A stretch of DNA of 64,000 nt from Christensenellales bacterium (lineage in GTDB: Bacteria; Bacillota; Clostridia; Christensenellales; SZUA-584). Both the position numbers and the translations under genes were made by a program. The stretch lies in the NCBI GenBank assembly GCA_040768905.1, contig JAXGMA010000001.1:1619806-1683805 (forward strand). The letters run 5' to 3'. Below, piece after piece: positions 19,932 through 30,789 of this stretch (within the stretch, counting starts at the first letter, position 1; every line of letters begins with the position of its first letter). Below the pieces are notes generated by a model. That model was not told the origin of the DNA. It was given only the letters and a program-made list of their open reading frames with translations, and made no database searches.

Positions 19932-21062
19932 TCATAGATTTTTTATAAATTCAACGATCAGGGCGTTTTGCAGGTCAAAACCTTTGCTTGTCGGCTTTAT
20001 GCCGCTTTGATCGGCAGTTATCAGACCGGCTTTTTGCGTTTTGGCTATGGCCTTGGCATATGTTCGGGTAAATTCGGTGCCGAACTTTTTGCGGTAATCA
20101 TCAAAGCGGATGCCATCCGAAAGGCGTAGCCTCAGCATCAGGTATTCGGCAAGCAGCTCAGCAGCATCAAGCACCGTTTCGGACACAACGGGGCGCTGCC
20201 CGGCCATAACAGCAGCGATATAGGCTTCTAAATCCTCAGTATTACCGGTTCTTGACGGCTTCTCAAAGTTGATATAGGAATGCGATGCGACACCCAGCCC
20301 CAGATATTCTCCGCCCGTCCAGTATTTCAGATTGTGCCTGCATGCAAAGCCTTTTTGGGCAAAATTAGATGTTTCGTAATGTATATAACCCGCTGCCGTT
20401 AAAATTTCTTCCGTCATGTGGCACATCGCCCTGTCTTCCTCTTCGCCTACGCCTGCATAATCTTGTGCCAGCGGTGTGCCCGGCTCGATTTTGAGCGCAT
20501 ATGCGGACACATGCTGCGGCGACAGAGCGGCCACACGCTGCAAAGTTTCGATATGGGTCTTTATGCTTTGGCCGGGAAGGCCGAAGATGATATCCACATT
20601 GATGTTTTCAAACCGGCGCGCAGCAGTCTCATATGCTTTTTTAAAAACTTCCCAGGTATGCTGCCTGCCTATGCTTTTCAGTATCGCGTCATCATGCGTT
20701 TGCAGGCCGATGCTTAAACGGCTGGCTCCGGCCCCTGCATAAGCGGCCAGCTTATCATCGCTGAGCGTCTCGGGGTTTGCTTCGATCGTGAATTCATGAG
20801 GCTGCCAACGGCAGATAGATTTTAAGCCTTTTACAAGCGATGAAAACTGCTCCGGCTCAAGCAATGAGGGCGTGCCTCCGCCGATAAACACAGTGTCTAC
20901 GGCGTGGTTTTGCAGCAGCGGCGCATATATGTTTGCTTCAGCCAGAACGGCATCGATATACCGGCCGATCAAGGATCCCCTGCCTGTAAAAGAAACAAAG
21001 CTGCAGTATGCGCATTTTCTCAAACAGAACGGCATGTGCACATAAAGCCCGATGGTACGCAT
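19932..21062 (-). CDS. hemW: Radical SAM heme chaperone HemW (coproporphyrinogen III oxidase-like)
   Basis: It starts [22 protein letters not shown] (CxxxCxxC). Its ATG overlaps the lepA TGA (TGATG). The longer ORF-track version overlaps lepA and is rejected. Confidence 0.85.
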   Translation of the reverse strand: MRTIGLYVHMPFCLRKCAYCSFVSFTGRGSLIGRYIDAVLAEANIYAPLLQNHAVDTVFIGGGTPSLLEPEQFSSLVKGLKSICRWQPHEFTIEANPETLSDDKLAAYAGAGASRLSIGLQTHDDAILKSIGRQHTWEVFKKAYETAARRFENINVDIIFGLPGQSIKTHIETLQRVAALSPQHVSAYALKIEPGTPLAQDYAGVGEEEDRAMCHMTEEILTAAGYIHYETSNFAQKGFACRHNLKYWTGGEYLGLGVASHSYINFEKPSRTGNTEDLEAYIAAVMAGQRPVVSETVLDAAELLAEYLMLRLRLSDGIRFDDYRKKFGTEFTRTYAKAIAKTQKAGLITADQSGIKPTSKGFDLQNALIVEFIKNL

Positions 21063-22882
21063 CAGTCCATTTTGAGGACAGACATGAACGCCTCGGACGG
21101 CACCTCGACGCTGCCCACCTGGCGCATGCGTTTTTTGCCCTCTTTCTGCTTTTCCAGCAGCTTCTTTTTGCGCGTGATATCGCCGCCGTAGCACTTGGCG
21201 AGTACATCCTTGCGCATGGCCTTGACGGTTTCGCGCGCAATGATCTTGCCGCCGATGGCCGCCTGAATAGGCACCTCGAACATCTGGCGCGGTATGGCCT
21301 CTTTAAGCTTTTCGGCAATGCTGCGCCCTCTAGCATATGATTTGTCTCTGTGAACAATAATGGACAGCGCGTCGCATACCTCTCCATTGAGCAGTATGTC
21401 AAGACGCACCAGGTCGCTTTTCTTGTAGCCCTTGAGCTCATAGTCAAGCGACGCATAGCCCCGCGTACGCGATTTTAAGATATCAAAAAAATCATAGATG
21501 ATCTCGTTAAGAGGCAGCTCATAATGTATCATCACGCGCGTGCCTTCAATATACTCCATGTTTTTAAATACGCCGCGCTTCTCCTGGCAGATATCCATCA
21601 CGGCACCCACATATTCATCAGGCGTCATGATGGTCACATCGGCGATCGGCTCTTCCATATACTCTATCTGTGTGGGCTGCGGCAGGTTCGTCGGGTTTTC
21701 CACAACCAGCATCTCGCCTTTGACGGTCTTTACATGATAGCTCACGCTGGGCGCTGTGGTCACAAGGCTTAAGTCAAATTCGCGTTCAAGCCGCTCCTGG
21801 ATAATCTCCATATGCAGCAGGCCAAGAAATCCGCAGCGAAAACCAAACCCGAGTGCGACTGAAGTCTCCGGCTCATACAGCAGCGACGCATCGTTGAGCG
21901 CCAGCCTTGCCAGCGCGTCGCGCAGGTCTTCATAATCTGCACCGTCAGCCGGATAGATACCGCAGAACACCATGGATGTCACATATTTGTACCCGGGCAA
22001 CGGCTTTGAGGTGCCGCCTTTGGCATTGGTGATCGTGTCGCCCACACGCGTGTCCGAAACATTCTTGACGCTGGCGGCGATATACCCCACCTCTCCCGCG
22101 CTGAGCAACTGCGTTGTTAACGGCACAGGTAAAAACACGCCGACCTCGGTCACGTCAAAACGCTTGTCTGCTGCCATAAACAGTATTTTATCACCCTCAG
22201 CCACACGCCCCTGCTTGATACGCACATAGCTGATCGCGCCTTTGTAATTATCGTAAAACGAATCGAATATAAGTGCCTCAAGCGGTGCATCCGCATCACC
22301 GGACGGCGAAGGCAGATGCTTGATCACAGCTTTTAATACATCGTCTATTCCCGTCCCCTCTTTGGCGCTGATGCGGGGCGCATACGATGTGTCAAGCCCC
22401 AGCACATCCTCGACTTCCTTGCACACTTCATCCACGCGCGCGGACGGCAGATCGATCTTGTTGATAACAGGCAGTATCTCTAGCCCGTTATCCATCGCTA
22501 GGTATACGTTGGCAAGCGTTTGCGCCTCGATGCCCTGGCTTGCATCCACAACAAGTATGGCACCCTCACAAGCCGCCATGCTGCGCGAAACCTCGTAAGT
22601 AAAATCCACATGCCCAGGTGTGTCGATAAGGTTCATCATGTATTCGGCGCCCTCATGCTCATAGAACATCCGTACAGCCTGTGACTTGATGGTGATGCCG
22701 CGCTCCTGCTCTAAGTCCATGGTGTCGAGTATCTGGTTGCGCATATCACGCTTTGACACCGTGTTTGTGGTTTCTATCAGCCTGTCGGCGAGCGTGGATT
22801 TTCCGTGGTCTATATGCGCAATGATACAAAAATTTCTTATCCTGTCCATGGATGCCATAAAAAACCTGTCCTTTGTTTTCAT
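21062..22882 (-). CDS. lepA: Translation elongation factor 4 (LepA)
   Basis: G1-G4 GTPase motifs are present ([25 protein letters not shown]), together with the LepA-specific C-terminal domain. Confidence 0.96.
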   Translation of the reverse strand: MKTKDRFFMASMDRIRNFCIIAHIDHGKSTLADRLIETTNTVSKRDMRNQILDTMDLEQERGITIKSQAVRMFYEHEGAEYMMNLIDTPGHVDFTYEVSRSMAACEGAILVVDASQGIEAQTLANVYLAMDNGLEILPVINKIDLPSARVDEVCKEVEDVLGLDTSYAPRISAKEGTGIDDVLKAVIKHLPSPSGDADAPLEALIFDSFYDNYKGAISYVRIKQGRVAEGDKILFMAADKRFDVTEVGVFLPVPLTTQLLSAGEVGYIAASVKNVSDTRVGDTITNAKGGTSKPLPGYKYVTSMVFCGIYPADGADYEDLRDALARLALNDASLLYEPETSVALGFGFRCGFLGLLHMEIIQERLEREFDLSLVTTAPSVSYHVKTVKGEMLVVENPTNLPQPTQIEYMEEPIADVTIMTPDEYVGAVMDICQEKRGVFKNMEYIEGTRVMIHYELPLNEIIYDFFDILKSRTRGYASLDYELKGYKKSDLVRLDILLNGEVCDALSIIVHRDKSYARGRSIAEKLKEAIPRQMFEVPIQAAIGGKIIARETVKAMRKDVLAKCYGGDITRKKKLLEKQKEGKKRMRQVGSVEVPSEAFMSVLKMD

Positions 22883-23048
22883 CTACCGCACTATATTATA
22901 TAAAACCGAGGTGAATTGCAATATCGGCTTTGGCTTAATTTTTCTGTTGTGATAGAATGAAGGAACAAAATCGATGATCTGCTGTGTCTGGTGCGACTGT
23001 TTGATGCCTATGCCATTGCAGCTTATTACATCTTGGAGGTGCCAACCT

Positions 23049-23663
23049 ATGAATGATCTTAAAAGAACGATCGAGGCCCTTGTCAGCAAAGGGTTCAAGG
23101 CCGTGCTGGCCGCGGATGCCGCAAAAGCCACTGCTTATGTGCTCTCGGTGATCGGCAAAGATGAGACCGTGGGTATGGGCGGCAGCGTCACGCTGTTTGA
23201 AACCGGCATTGCGGACGCCCTGCTTGCACGCGGAAACACTGTTTTTTCCAGCCAGGTCGCAGAGCGCACAGGCGAAGACAAGGAAGAAGCCAAGCGTCTT
23301 GGGATGGGCGCGGACGTGTATCTGACTTCCACCAATGCGCTCACGCTTGAGGGCGACCTTATCAATATAGACGGCGTCGGGAACCGTGTAGCAGCCATGA
23401 TCTACGGACCGCCAAAAATCGTTTTTATCGCCGGAAAAAATAAATTGACGCAAAATCCGCATACTGCGGTTGCCCGTATCAAAAAGATAGCCTGCCCGCA
23501 GAACGCAAGGCGGCTTGGCCTTTCAACGCCATGCGCCACACTGGATCGCTGCACCGACTGTGACGATGCTTACCGCATGTGTAACGTCACGGTACGTTTG
23601 CAGCGTCCGACACGCGGCAAGGAAATACACGTCGTCCTCATAGACGGCGACTTTGGTTACTAG
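23049..23663 (+). CDS. LUD-domain (lactate utilisation/YkgG-like) protein
   Basis: The sequence MNDLKRTIEALVSKGFKAV...GMGGSVTL...NIDGVGNRVAAMIYGP is typical of DUF162/LUD proteins, and it has a C-terminal Cys cluster. Confidence 0.65.
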   Translation: MNDLKRTIEALVSKGFKAVLAADAAKATAYVLSVIGKDETVGMGGSVTLFETGIADALLARGNTVFSSQVAERTGEDKEEAKRLGMGADVYLTSTNALTLEGDLINIDGVGNRVAAMIYGPPKIVFIAGKNKLTQNPHTAVARIKKIACPQNARRLGLSTPCATLDRCTDCDDAYRMCNVTVRLQRPTRGKEIHVVLIDGDFGY

Positions 23664-23832
23664 CAAAAAGCTGCCGGGACCTTATTGTCCTCCAGTATAT
23701 TAATCGTATGGAGTTACACAGGAAGGATCCATGTTATATATGCTGGCGCAATTGCGGTCGGTTTTGGCTTTATGACGACGAGAAGCATAAAATCAAACCA
23801 TCAGCACGCATAACGGATTGATTTGCTTTTAT

Positions 23833-24630
23833 TCAGCCAAGAGCTACATCGAGGCACATCATAAGCGCAAACCCGATCATAGCGCCGATCGTCAGTTTAT
23901 TATCGACGATACCCTCCCCGTTGCTTCCGCCTGGTATCAGCGCATCGATCACCACATAGATCATCGCCCCTGCCGCAAACGCGAGCACAAAAGGGAGTAT
24001 CGGCCTTATTATGCTGATGAGCAGCGCACCCGCCACACCTGCCGCAGGCTCGACTGCCCCGGAAAGCTGCCCTAAGAAAAACGCCCGGCCGCGGCTCATC
24101 CCGCCCTGCAGGAGCGGCATAGCGACCGCCGTGCCTTCCGGAAAGTTCTGTATGCCGATGCCCATCGCCAGCATCATGGCCCCCACCAGCGTTGCCCCGG
24201 GCACGCCTTGCGCAAATGCGCCGAAAGCCACACCGATGGCCAGGCCTTCAGGTAAGTTGTGGACTGTCACAGACAGCACGAGCAGCATCGTGCGCCTTGC
24301 GCCGGTAGACAGTCTTGCCGTGCGCTTGATCCTTTTGAGCATCGTATCGCTAAGTTTTAAAAAAAGGCCTCCCAGCAAAAAGCCGCCCGAGGCGGCCAGC
24401 CAGGGTATGCCTTCCATCTCTTCTGATAGCGCGATCGCGGGCTGAAGCAAAGAAAAAAAACTGGCCGCCACCATGACCCCGGCGGAAAACCCGAGCATGA
24501 TATTGAGCATTTTTTTGCTGATGGTCCTCATGAAAAGCGCCGGGAGCGCGCCCAGCGCAGTGACAAACCAGGTAAAGCATGTTGCGATCAGCGCCTGAAT
24601 GACGGCAGGCATCCCAGCAAATTCACTCAT
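23833..24630 (-). CDS. zupT: ZIP-family divalent metal (zinc) transporter
   Basis: A multi-pass membrane protein with the HNLPEGLAIG and IQNFPEG motifs characteristic of ZupT/ZIP. Confidence 0.82.
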   Translation of the reverse strand: MSEFAGMPAVIQALIATCFTWFVTALGALPALFMRTISKKMLNIMLGFSAGVMVAASFFSLLQPAIALSEEMEGIPWLAASGGFLLGGLFLKLSDTMLKRIKRTARLSTGARRTMLLVLSVTVHNLPEGLAIGVAFGAFAQGVPGATLVGAMMLAMGIGIQNFPEGTAVAMPLLQGGMSRGRAFFLGQLSGAVEPAAGVAGALLISIIRPILPFVLAFAAGAMIYVVIDALIPGGSNGEGIVDNKLTIGAMIGFALMMCLDVALG

Positions 24631-24688
24631 AGATAAAAAATCACCCCATGGGTTTATATATGCGCACAGGGTGTTTTGAGTGCAAAAG

Positions 24689-25585
24689 TCAGATGCTGTC
24701 TATATCGCGCTGAATCTGCTGTTTAAGTTCATCCAAGTTGCTGAACTTTTTTTCATCACGAAGGCGTTTTTTGAACCTGACGGTGATCTTTCGTCTATAT
24801 AGGTCTGCGGAAAGAGCCAGAATATGGATCTCAATGCTTCTGCTGCCGCTTTCTGACACAGTCGGGTTGATGCCGATGTTACACACGCCCTTATAATTGC
24901 CGCCAACAGCGTCAATCTCTACGCTGTAAACACCGCTTGAGGGGATCAGCTTTTCCCTGCTAACACGAATGTTTGCCGTCGGAAAACCAAGCTGAGTGCT
25001 GCCGATGCCGCGGCCCCTGCCGACTTTGCCGCAAACTGAATACGGCCGGCCAAGCAACTCTTCGGCCAAAACAACATCGCCCGCTTCCAGGCATCTGCGA
25101 ATGCGCGATGAACTGACCGCTTCGCCGTGTGCGATCACTGGCGGTATGATGCATACCTCAAAGCCCAGCTTACGGCCCGCATCCATCAAGGTCTGCGCAT
25201 TGCCGCACGCATGGCAGCCATAAGTATAATTATACCCAGCAACCACGAGGCGGGGCGAAAATGCCTCCGCAAGTATTCTTTCAAATTCTTCGCTTTCAAT
25301 CGAAGCAAATTTTTTATCAAAATGCGCGACACAAAATATGTCTATGCCTGCCGCTGCAAAGGCGCACGTTTTTTCTTCAGTTGTCATCAGGTGCTGCGGA
25401 CGCTCGCTGCAAAACAACTCGCCAGGGAGCGTGTCAAAAGTCAGTACGGCGCTTTGCCCCGGCGCTTGCCTCGCTGCGTCTATCAGCGCCATATGGCCGA
25501 TATGCAGCCCGTCAAAGGCGCCAAGCGCCACCGACAGGCCATGGTAGTGTTTTTTTCTCGCTTCGTTGAGCTTGATGATTTCCAT
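24689..25585 (-). CDS. ribF: Bifunctional riboflavin kinase / FMN adenylyltransferase
   Basis: The motifs ALGAFDGLHIGH, SSSRIR and GFPTANI are present. Confidence 0.9.
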   Translation of the reverse strand: MEIIKLNEARKKHYHGLSVALGAFDGLHIGHMALIDAARQAPGQSAVLTFDTLPGELFCSERPQHLMTTEEKTCAFAAAGIDIFCVAHFDKKFASIESEEFERILAEAFSPRLVVAGYNYTYGCHACGNAQTLMDAGRKLGFEVCIIPPVIAHGEAVSSSRIRRCLEAGDVVLAEELLGRPYSVCGKVGRGRGIGSTQLGFPTANIRVSREKLIPSSGVYSVEIDAVGGNYKGVCNIGINPTVSESGSRSIEIHILALSADLYRRKITVRFKKRLRDEKKFSNLDELKQQIQRDIDSI

Positions 25586-26452
25586 TCAGTTGTCCACCAG
25601 CAATGTTGTTATTTTGATTTTCCCGTTCTGTGCGCATCCTATGCCGATCAAGCATCCGTCTGTATAGACACGGGCTGCCATGGTGTCTTCACCGTGATAT
25701 ACCGCCTGTGCCCCGTTTACCAGCATGCTGCGGCAGTTTGGCTGCACGTCTATGCGTGCAAGGCCGCGAAGAAACATATCCGGGGGAAGCAAAATACTGC
25801 CTAGATCGGTGATCTGCTTGATTTCGTCCGCTGTGTAAGCATCCGCGATATCAAGTCCCGCGCATTTCGTGCGCACAAGAAAAGACATATAGCTGCATGT
25901 CCCAAACATTTTCCCAAGATCCTCACACAACGTACGGATATATGTGCCTTTGCTGCATACAAACCGCAGCAGGTGGGCCTCCGCGCGTGTTTGCCGCAGA
26001 TATTCTGCCTTGTGAATGACAACTGTGCGTTGCTTTGCCGGTACGCTTATCCCGCGCCTGGCCAGTTTATACAGCGCCTGCCCCTCATGTTTTGCCGCCG
26101 AATAGGCGGGCGTTCGCTGCGTGATCTGGCCTGTAAAGCCGGCAAGAGCCGATTTTACGGCTTCCGTATCCGGAGGAGGCGACGTGCAGACCTTCATCAC
26201 CTGACCGTAACTGTCTGCGGTATCGGTGCTTTTTCCAAAAGTCAGCTCCGCGATATACTCTTTTTGCGCGTTCATCATGTAGGAAGAAATGCGCGTCGCT
26301 TTGCCTACGCAAACGGGCAGCACGCCGCATGCGCCGGGATCAAGGGTTCCTGCGTGGCCTGTCTTTTTCACACCGAGTACGCCCCTTAAAAAAACGACTG
26401 CTCCGTTTGAGGACATCCCCGGGGGCTTTAAGAAATTGACAACGCCGTTCAA
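25586..26452 (-). CDS. truB: tRNA pseudouridine(55) synthase
   Basis: The sequence NGVVNFLKPPGMSS...GHAGTLDPGACGVLP contains the catalytic Asp motif. Confidence 0.9.
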   Translation of the reverse strand: MNGVVNFLKPPGMSSNGAVVFLRGVLGVKKTGHAGTLDPGACGVLPVCVGKATRISSYMMNAQKEYIAELTFGKSTDTADSYGQVMKVCTSPPPDTEAVKSALAGFTGQITQRTPAYSAAKHEGQALYKLARRGISVPAKQRTVVIHKAEYLRQTRAEAHLLRFVCSKGTYIRTLCEDLGKMFGTCSYMSFLVRTKCAGLDIADAYTADEIKQITDLGSILLPPDMFLRGLARIDVQPNCRSMLVNGAQAVYHGEDTMAARVYTDGCLIGIGCAQNGKIKITTLLVDN

Positions 26453-27399
26453 TCCACCATCTCCGTCAGTTTATCAAGAACGGATTTTTTCACTTCATCA
26501 AGTTTGCCGCCCGTCACGCACCCAGATGCTGCCGCGTGGCCGCCGCCGCCGTAAAGCGCCGCCAGCGCACCGACGTCCGCACTTCCTTTTGATCTAAAGC
26601 TGATTTTGACGCCTGCAGGCAATTCACGGAACAAAACCGCCACCTGCGTTTCCTCGATCTCGCGTGCGACTTCAACGATGTTCTCACAATCTGCGCTCCC
26701 GGCGCCGAATTCTTTCATGTCGCTGTCAAGCAAAGTCAGGCATGCGATACGTCCGTCTTTAAAAAGCTCCATTCTTGAAAGTGCGCGCCCCATAAGCTGC
26801 GTTGACAGCAGCGAGCGTTGCCGGAACAGGATATCTGCCGTCCCCCTTAAGTCGAAAAGCTCGACAAGCTCAGATGTGTAAAGCAGCACTTTTTTGCTGG
26901 TGTTGGAATACGTAAAATTGCCCGTGTCGGTCGACATCGCGGTATACAGGAACTTAGCCATGTTTTCGTTGGGCGTCATATCAAGGTCACGCATGAATTC
27001 AAAGATGATTTCGCCCACAGACGAGGCGTCCGTCACATAATTGATTTGCGCATAGTGATCGTTGGTGGAATGGTGGTCAATGTTTGCGGTCGTTTTGGCA
27101 CGTTTGAACAGCTTGTGGCACTTGCCGAGCCGGACGCTGTCCGCACAGTCTACAGCAACAGCAAGGTCGATACTTTCCGGCGCTGACTGCGGCGCAAGCA
27201 GCGTGTGCGGAGAAAATAAGGCTGCATATCGGGAAGTCATGTCACCGTCACAGCAGACTGCGACATCTTTGCCCATATCGCAGAGCATCTCTTTCAAAGC
27301 AAAACAAGAGCCGAGCGTATCGCCGTCCGGCTGCAAATGAGCGATCAGGGTGATGTTCTGTGCTGCGCCTATGGCCTGCTTTATCCGTTCAAACTCCAT
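26449..27399 (-). CDS. nrnA: DHH/DHHA1 phosphoesterase (NrnA-type oligoribonuclease/pAp phosphatase)
   Basis: The motifs HLQPDGDTLGS, DHHSTN and GGGGHAAASG are present. Confidence 0.8.
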   Translation of the reverse strand: MEFERIKQAIGAAQNITLIAHLQPDGDTLGSCFALKEMLCDMGKDVAVCCDGDMTSRYAALFSPHTLLAPQSAPESIDLAVAVDCADSVRLGKCHKLFKRAKTTANIDHHSTNDHYAQINYVTDASSVGEIIFEFMRDLDMTPNENMAKFLYTAMSTDTGNFTYSNTSKKVLLYTSELVELFDLRGTADILFRQRSLLSTQLMGRALSRMELFKDGRIACLTLLDSDMKEFGAGSADCENIVEVAREIEETQVAVLFRELPAGVKISFRSKGSADVGALAALYGGGGHAAASGCVTGGKLDEVKKSVLDKLTEMVD

Positions 27400-27406
27400 A
27401 ATGCGT

Positions 27407-27745
27407 TTAAACCTTTTTGAGCATTTGAGAGATTTTGCTGCTGTACTCTATGGATGTGTCGAGCACAAAAGTGATCTGAGGCAAGCGGCGCATCCTCATC
27501 CGGGAACCCACTTCGTTCTTGATAAAGTGCTCAGCATGCGACAAAGTTTCAATCGTGGACTTCTTTTTCTTCTCATCGTCAAACACGCTGATATAAGCCT
27601 TTGCGTATTTTAGATCACGCGTTAAGTCCACATGGGTCACGCTTGCCATCTCAGAGACCCGCGGGTCTTTTATCTCGGTGCTGATGATCTCGCTTAAAAC
27701 ACGTTTAAACTCAGACTGTATGCCTGCCATTCTGTCTTTTGACAC
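27407..27745 (-). CDS. rbfA: Ribosome-binding factor A
   Basis: 112 aa containing IKDPRV and an LRRLPQITF-like motif. It lies directly after infB. Confidence 0.9.
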   Translation of the reverse strand: MSKDRMAGIQSEFKRVLSEIISTEIKDPRVSEMASVTHVDLTRDLKYAKAYISVFDDEKKKKSTIETLSHAEHFIKNEVGSRMRMRRLPQITFVLDTSIEYSSKISQMLKKV

Positions 27746-30204
27746 TATCTTTCAATCTCCTGCATTTCAAAGGCTTCGATGACGTCGCCTTCCTTTATAT
27801 CGTTAAAGTTTTTGAGCGTAATGCCGCATTCATAGCCCTGGCTGACTTCTTTGGCGTCATCCTTGAAACGTTTGAGAGAAGCCATCGTGCCTTCGTGGAT
27901 GACCACATTGTCGCGCAGCAAACGCACTGAGGCATTCTTTAGGATCTTGCCGTCGGTGACATAGCTGCCCGCGATCGTGCCGATGCTGGATGCGGAAAAC
28001 ACCGTGCGTACTTCGGCATGGCCAAGCACGACTTCTTTATATTCAGGCGCAAGCATGCCCTTTATCGCAAGCTGCAGATCCTCTATCGCTTTATAGATAA
28101 TGCGGTAAAGCCTTAATTCCACCTTTTCTTTTTCAGCTTCGATGCGCGCCATGGCATCGGGCCGCACATTAAAGCCGATGATGATCGCGTTTGAAGCGGA
28201 AGCAAGCATGACGTCCATGGCTTTGATCGCGCCGACGCCGGCATGGATCACCTTGACGCGCACCTCTTTGTTGCTCAGTTTCTCAAGCGCCTGCCTGACG
28301 GCTTCTACAGACCCCTGCACATCGGCTTTGATGACAAGATTCAGATCCTGCACAACACCTTCCTCGACATGACTGAAAAGGTCTTCAAGAGAGACTTTTG
28401 AAAGATTTTTGAGCATATCTGCTTTCTGCTTATCTCTTCTTTCTTCGGCAACCTGACGGGTAAGGCGGTCGTCCTCCACCGCATGAAGCGTGTCTCCCGC
28501 GACGGGGACTTCTGAGAACCCAACCACTTCCACAGGCTGCGACGGGCCAGCAGCCTCAACACGGTTGCCCAAATCGTCCACCATCGCGCGGACGCGGCCG
28601 TAAGCGACGCCCGCAACGATCATATCAGAAATATGCAGCGTGCCGTTTTGCACCAGCACTGTGGCCACCGGGCCTCTGCCCTTGTCAAGTTTGGCCTCGA
28701 TGATGGTGCCCTTGGCAAGACGGTTGGGATTGGCCTTGAGTTCCAAAACATCCGCAACAAGCAGTATCATTTCCAACAGCTGGTCAATGCCGTCTCTGGT
28801 GATCGCAGAAACAGGCACCATCACGGTGTCTCCGCCCCACTCTTCAGCAACCAGCTCATATTCGGTCAGATCCTGCTTGATGCGTTCCGGGTTCGCGCCT
28901 TCTTTATCCATTTTGTTGATAGCTACAATGATCGGCACGTTGGCGGCTTTTGCATGGTTGATGGCCTCAACCGTCTGAGGCATCACGCCGTCGTCAGCGG
29001 CCACGACAAGAATGGCGATATCCGTCACCTGCGCACCGCGCGCACGCATGGCTGTGAATGCTTCGTGCCCCGGCGTATCAAGGAAAGTGACCTGTCGCTC
29101 TTTATGCGTGATGGTGTAGGCACCGATATGCTGTGTGATGCCGCCCGCCTCATGCTCTGTGACGTGCGTCTCTCGTATGGAATCGAGCAGCGAGGTTTTG
29201 CCGTGGTCAACATGGCCCATCACAGTCACGACAGGCGGCCGCGCCTCAAGCTTATCGCCGGCATCAAGCTGATCGCCTTCGCCGAGAACATCTTCTGCTG
29301 TCTGCGTAAGCTTATACTCAAGTTCGATCTTGAATTCTGAGCAGACAAGCTGAGCGGTATCGTAATCGATCTCCGAGTTTATTGTACACATCATGCCAAG
29401 CAGCAAAAGCTTTTTCAAGATCTCTGCGACTGGTTTCCCTGTTTTTTCTGCAAGATATTTCACAGAAATCGTTTCAGCTGTCATGATGGCCTTTTCAACG
29501 ACGACAGGCTGAGGTGCCGCAACAGGCTTGGCTTTACTGCGGCGCTTGCCCCTGTAGCGCAGATCCGATTCGTCGATGCCGACCTGTTCTTTCATCAAAG
29601 CCTTTTTAGATTTCCTGCCTCTTTCGTCCCGGACATAGTTTTGATGTGCGCCTTTTTTGCCTTGATGCCCCAGCGGCCCTCTTCTGTCCACCTGAACAAA
29701 TCCGCTCATACCCGTATCGGCTTTTGTTTCCGTCTTTCCCGGCTTCCTTGCCGGTTCGGCATGCGCAGCAGGTGCTTTAGTTTGTGTGCGAGGTTCCATT
29801 GCCTTTGGCGGCCTTGGGGGCTGCTCCTGCCTTTGCGCCGGTTCTTTTGTGCGCGGCAGCATCTGCTTCTTCAAAGCCGCTTCCTGTGCATCCGCCTCCT
29901 GTTTCTTTGGCGGTTGTTCCGCGGCAGGCGTGACAGTGTCGGTTGTCTCCTGGCTGGCTGGCTTGGTTTTTTCTTCAGTCAGTTTTGCTTCTGTGGCTCT
30001 GGCAAGTTCCTGAGCCTCCTGCTGTTTTTGCAGCCGTTGTTCTTCAGCTTCAGCGCGCGCAATCTTGACGAGTTCTCCCTCGATGCGCTTTAAAGTAAGC
30101 AGATGGCTCTGCACGCTTGCCTGCAGCGCTTCGATCCGCGTCACAGTCTGCTTTGAGTTGTCCATCAGCTGTTTATTCATATCGATAATCTTCAGTTTGC
30201 TCAT
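27745..30204 (-). CDS. infB: Translation initiation factor IF-2
   Basis: It has a low-complexity N-terminus, the GTPase domain motifs [21 protein letters not shown] and NKMD, and C-terminal IF-2 domains. Confidence 0.96.
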   Translation of the reverse strand: MSKLKIIDMNKQLMDNSKQTVTRIEALQASVQSHLLTLKRIEGELVKIARAEAEEQRLQKQQEAQELARATEAKLTEEKTKPASQETTDTVTPAAEQPPKKQEADAQEAALKKQMLPRTKEPAQRQEQPPRPPKAMEPRTQTKAPAAHAEPARKPGKTETKADTGMSGFVQVDRRGPLGHQGKKGAHQNYVRDERGRKSKKALMKEQVGIDESDLRYRGKRRSKAKPVAAPQPVVVEKAIMTAETISVKYLAEKTGKPVAEILKKLLLLGMMCTINSEIDYDTAQLVCSEFKIELEYKLTQTAEDVLGEGDQLDAGDKLEARPPVVTVMGHVDHGKTSLLDSIRETHVTEHEAGGITQHIGAYTITHKERQVTFLDTPGHEAFTAMRARGAQVTDIAILVVAADDGVMPQTVEAINHAKAANVPIIVAINKMDKEGANPERIKQDLTEYELVAEEWGGDTVMVPVSAITRDGIDQLLEMILLVADVLELKANPNRLAKGTIIEAKLDKGRGPVATVLVQNGTLHISDMIVAGVAYGRVRAMVDDLGNRVEAAGPSQPVEVVGFSEVPVAGDTLHAVEDDRLTRQVAEERRDKQKADMLKNLSKVSLEDLFSHVEEGVVQDLNLVIKADVQGSVEAVRQALEKLSNKEVRVKVIHAGVGAIKAMDVMLASASNAIIIGFNVRPDAMARIEAEKEKVELRLYRIIYKAIEDLQLAIKGMLAPEYKEVVLGHAEVRTVFSASSIGTIAGSYVTDGKILKNASVRLLRDNVVIHEGTMASLKRFKDDAKEVSQGYECGITLKNFNDIKEGDVIEAFEMQEIER

Positions 30205-30518
30205 TCCTTGCTTCTCCCACCATCCATTAAGTTTCTGATCGCATCAGCGAACCTTTTGTCAGTGATGCCAAGCACCATGATGCCCGGTTTTCCGACTGCA
30301 TCTCCAAGCCGTGTCTGTTCATTGACCGTCAGCGTACAAATACCAAAGCGGCTGCACATTTCTTCAAAATTTCTTTTGCTTGATGACGAAAGCCCCTCCT
30401 GCAAAAGCAGCAGCCGTATTTTATTGTGCCTGATGCCCTTTTCGCAAGCTGCCGATCCGAAAACAGCCTTGCCGGCGCGCACTGCAAGCCCAGCCATCGA
30501 AAGATTATTTGAGGCCAC
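30201..30518 (-). CDS. ylxQ: L7Ae/L30e-family RNA-binding protein (YlxQ-like)
   Basis: 105 aa, in the conserved position between ylxR and infB. Confidence 0.72.
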   Translation of the reverse strand: MASNNLSMAGLAVRAGKAVFGSAACEKGIRHNKIRLLLLQEGLSSSSKRNFEEMCSRFGICTLTVNEQTRLGDAVGKPGIMVLGITDKRFADAIRNLMDGGRSKE

Positions 30519-30777
30519 GCCGCAGTATCACCCTTTTGATAGCATTGTACGCATCATCACTCAAACCTGCAGACAATGCGCGGTCAAACGCCTTTGTTTT
30601 TTTTGCCTTGTCAAGGCACGCAACCTCCGGGCACACATATGCGCCGCGCCCCTGCGCCTTGCCGGTCTCATCGGCGGACAAACCGCCTTCGGTCACCACG
30701 ACGCGCACAAGCTCTTTTTTGGGCCTTCCCTGCCTGCATGCGATGCACATGCGCACAGGTACTTTTTTCGTCTTCAC
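30505..30777 (-). CDS. ylxR: YlxR/RnpM family protein (DUF448)
   Basis: The signature KKVPVRMCIACRQGRPKKELVRVV...GRGAYVC is present. Confidence 0.82.
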   Translation of the reverse strand: MKTKKVPVRMCIACRQGRPKKELVRVVVTEGGLSADETGKAQGRGAYVCPEVACLDKAKKTKAFDRALSAGLSDDAYNAIKRVILRRGLK

Positions 30778-30789
30778 ATCAAACCCTCA

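Noticed and set aside
19932-21194. Extended N-termini suggested by the ORF track for hemW (420 aa). The same issue applies to iolD (630 aa), the decarboxylase (434 aa), lipA (314 aa), ybeY (166 aa), pgpH (746 aa) and yqfD (430 aa).
   Set aside because: The extensions overlap the upstream conserved gene, are Arg-rich or low-complexity, and lack an RBS. Internal starts with good RBSs reproduce the conserved family N-termini.
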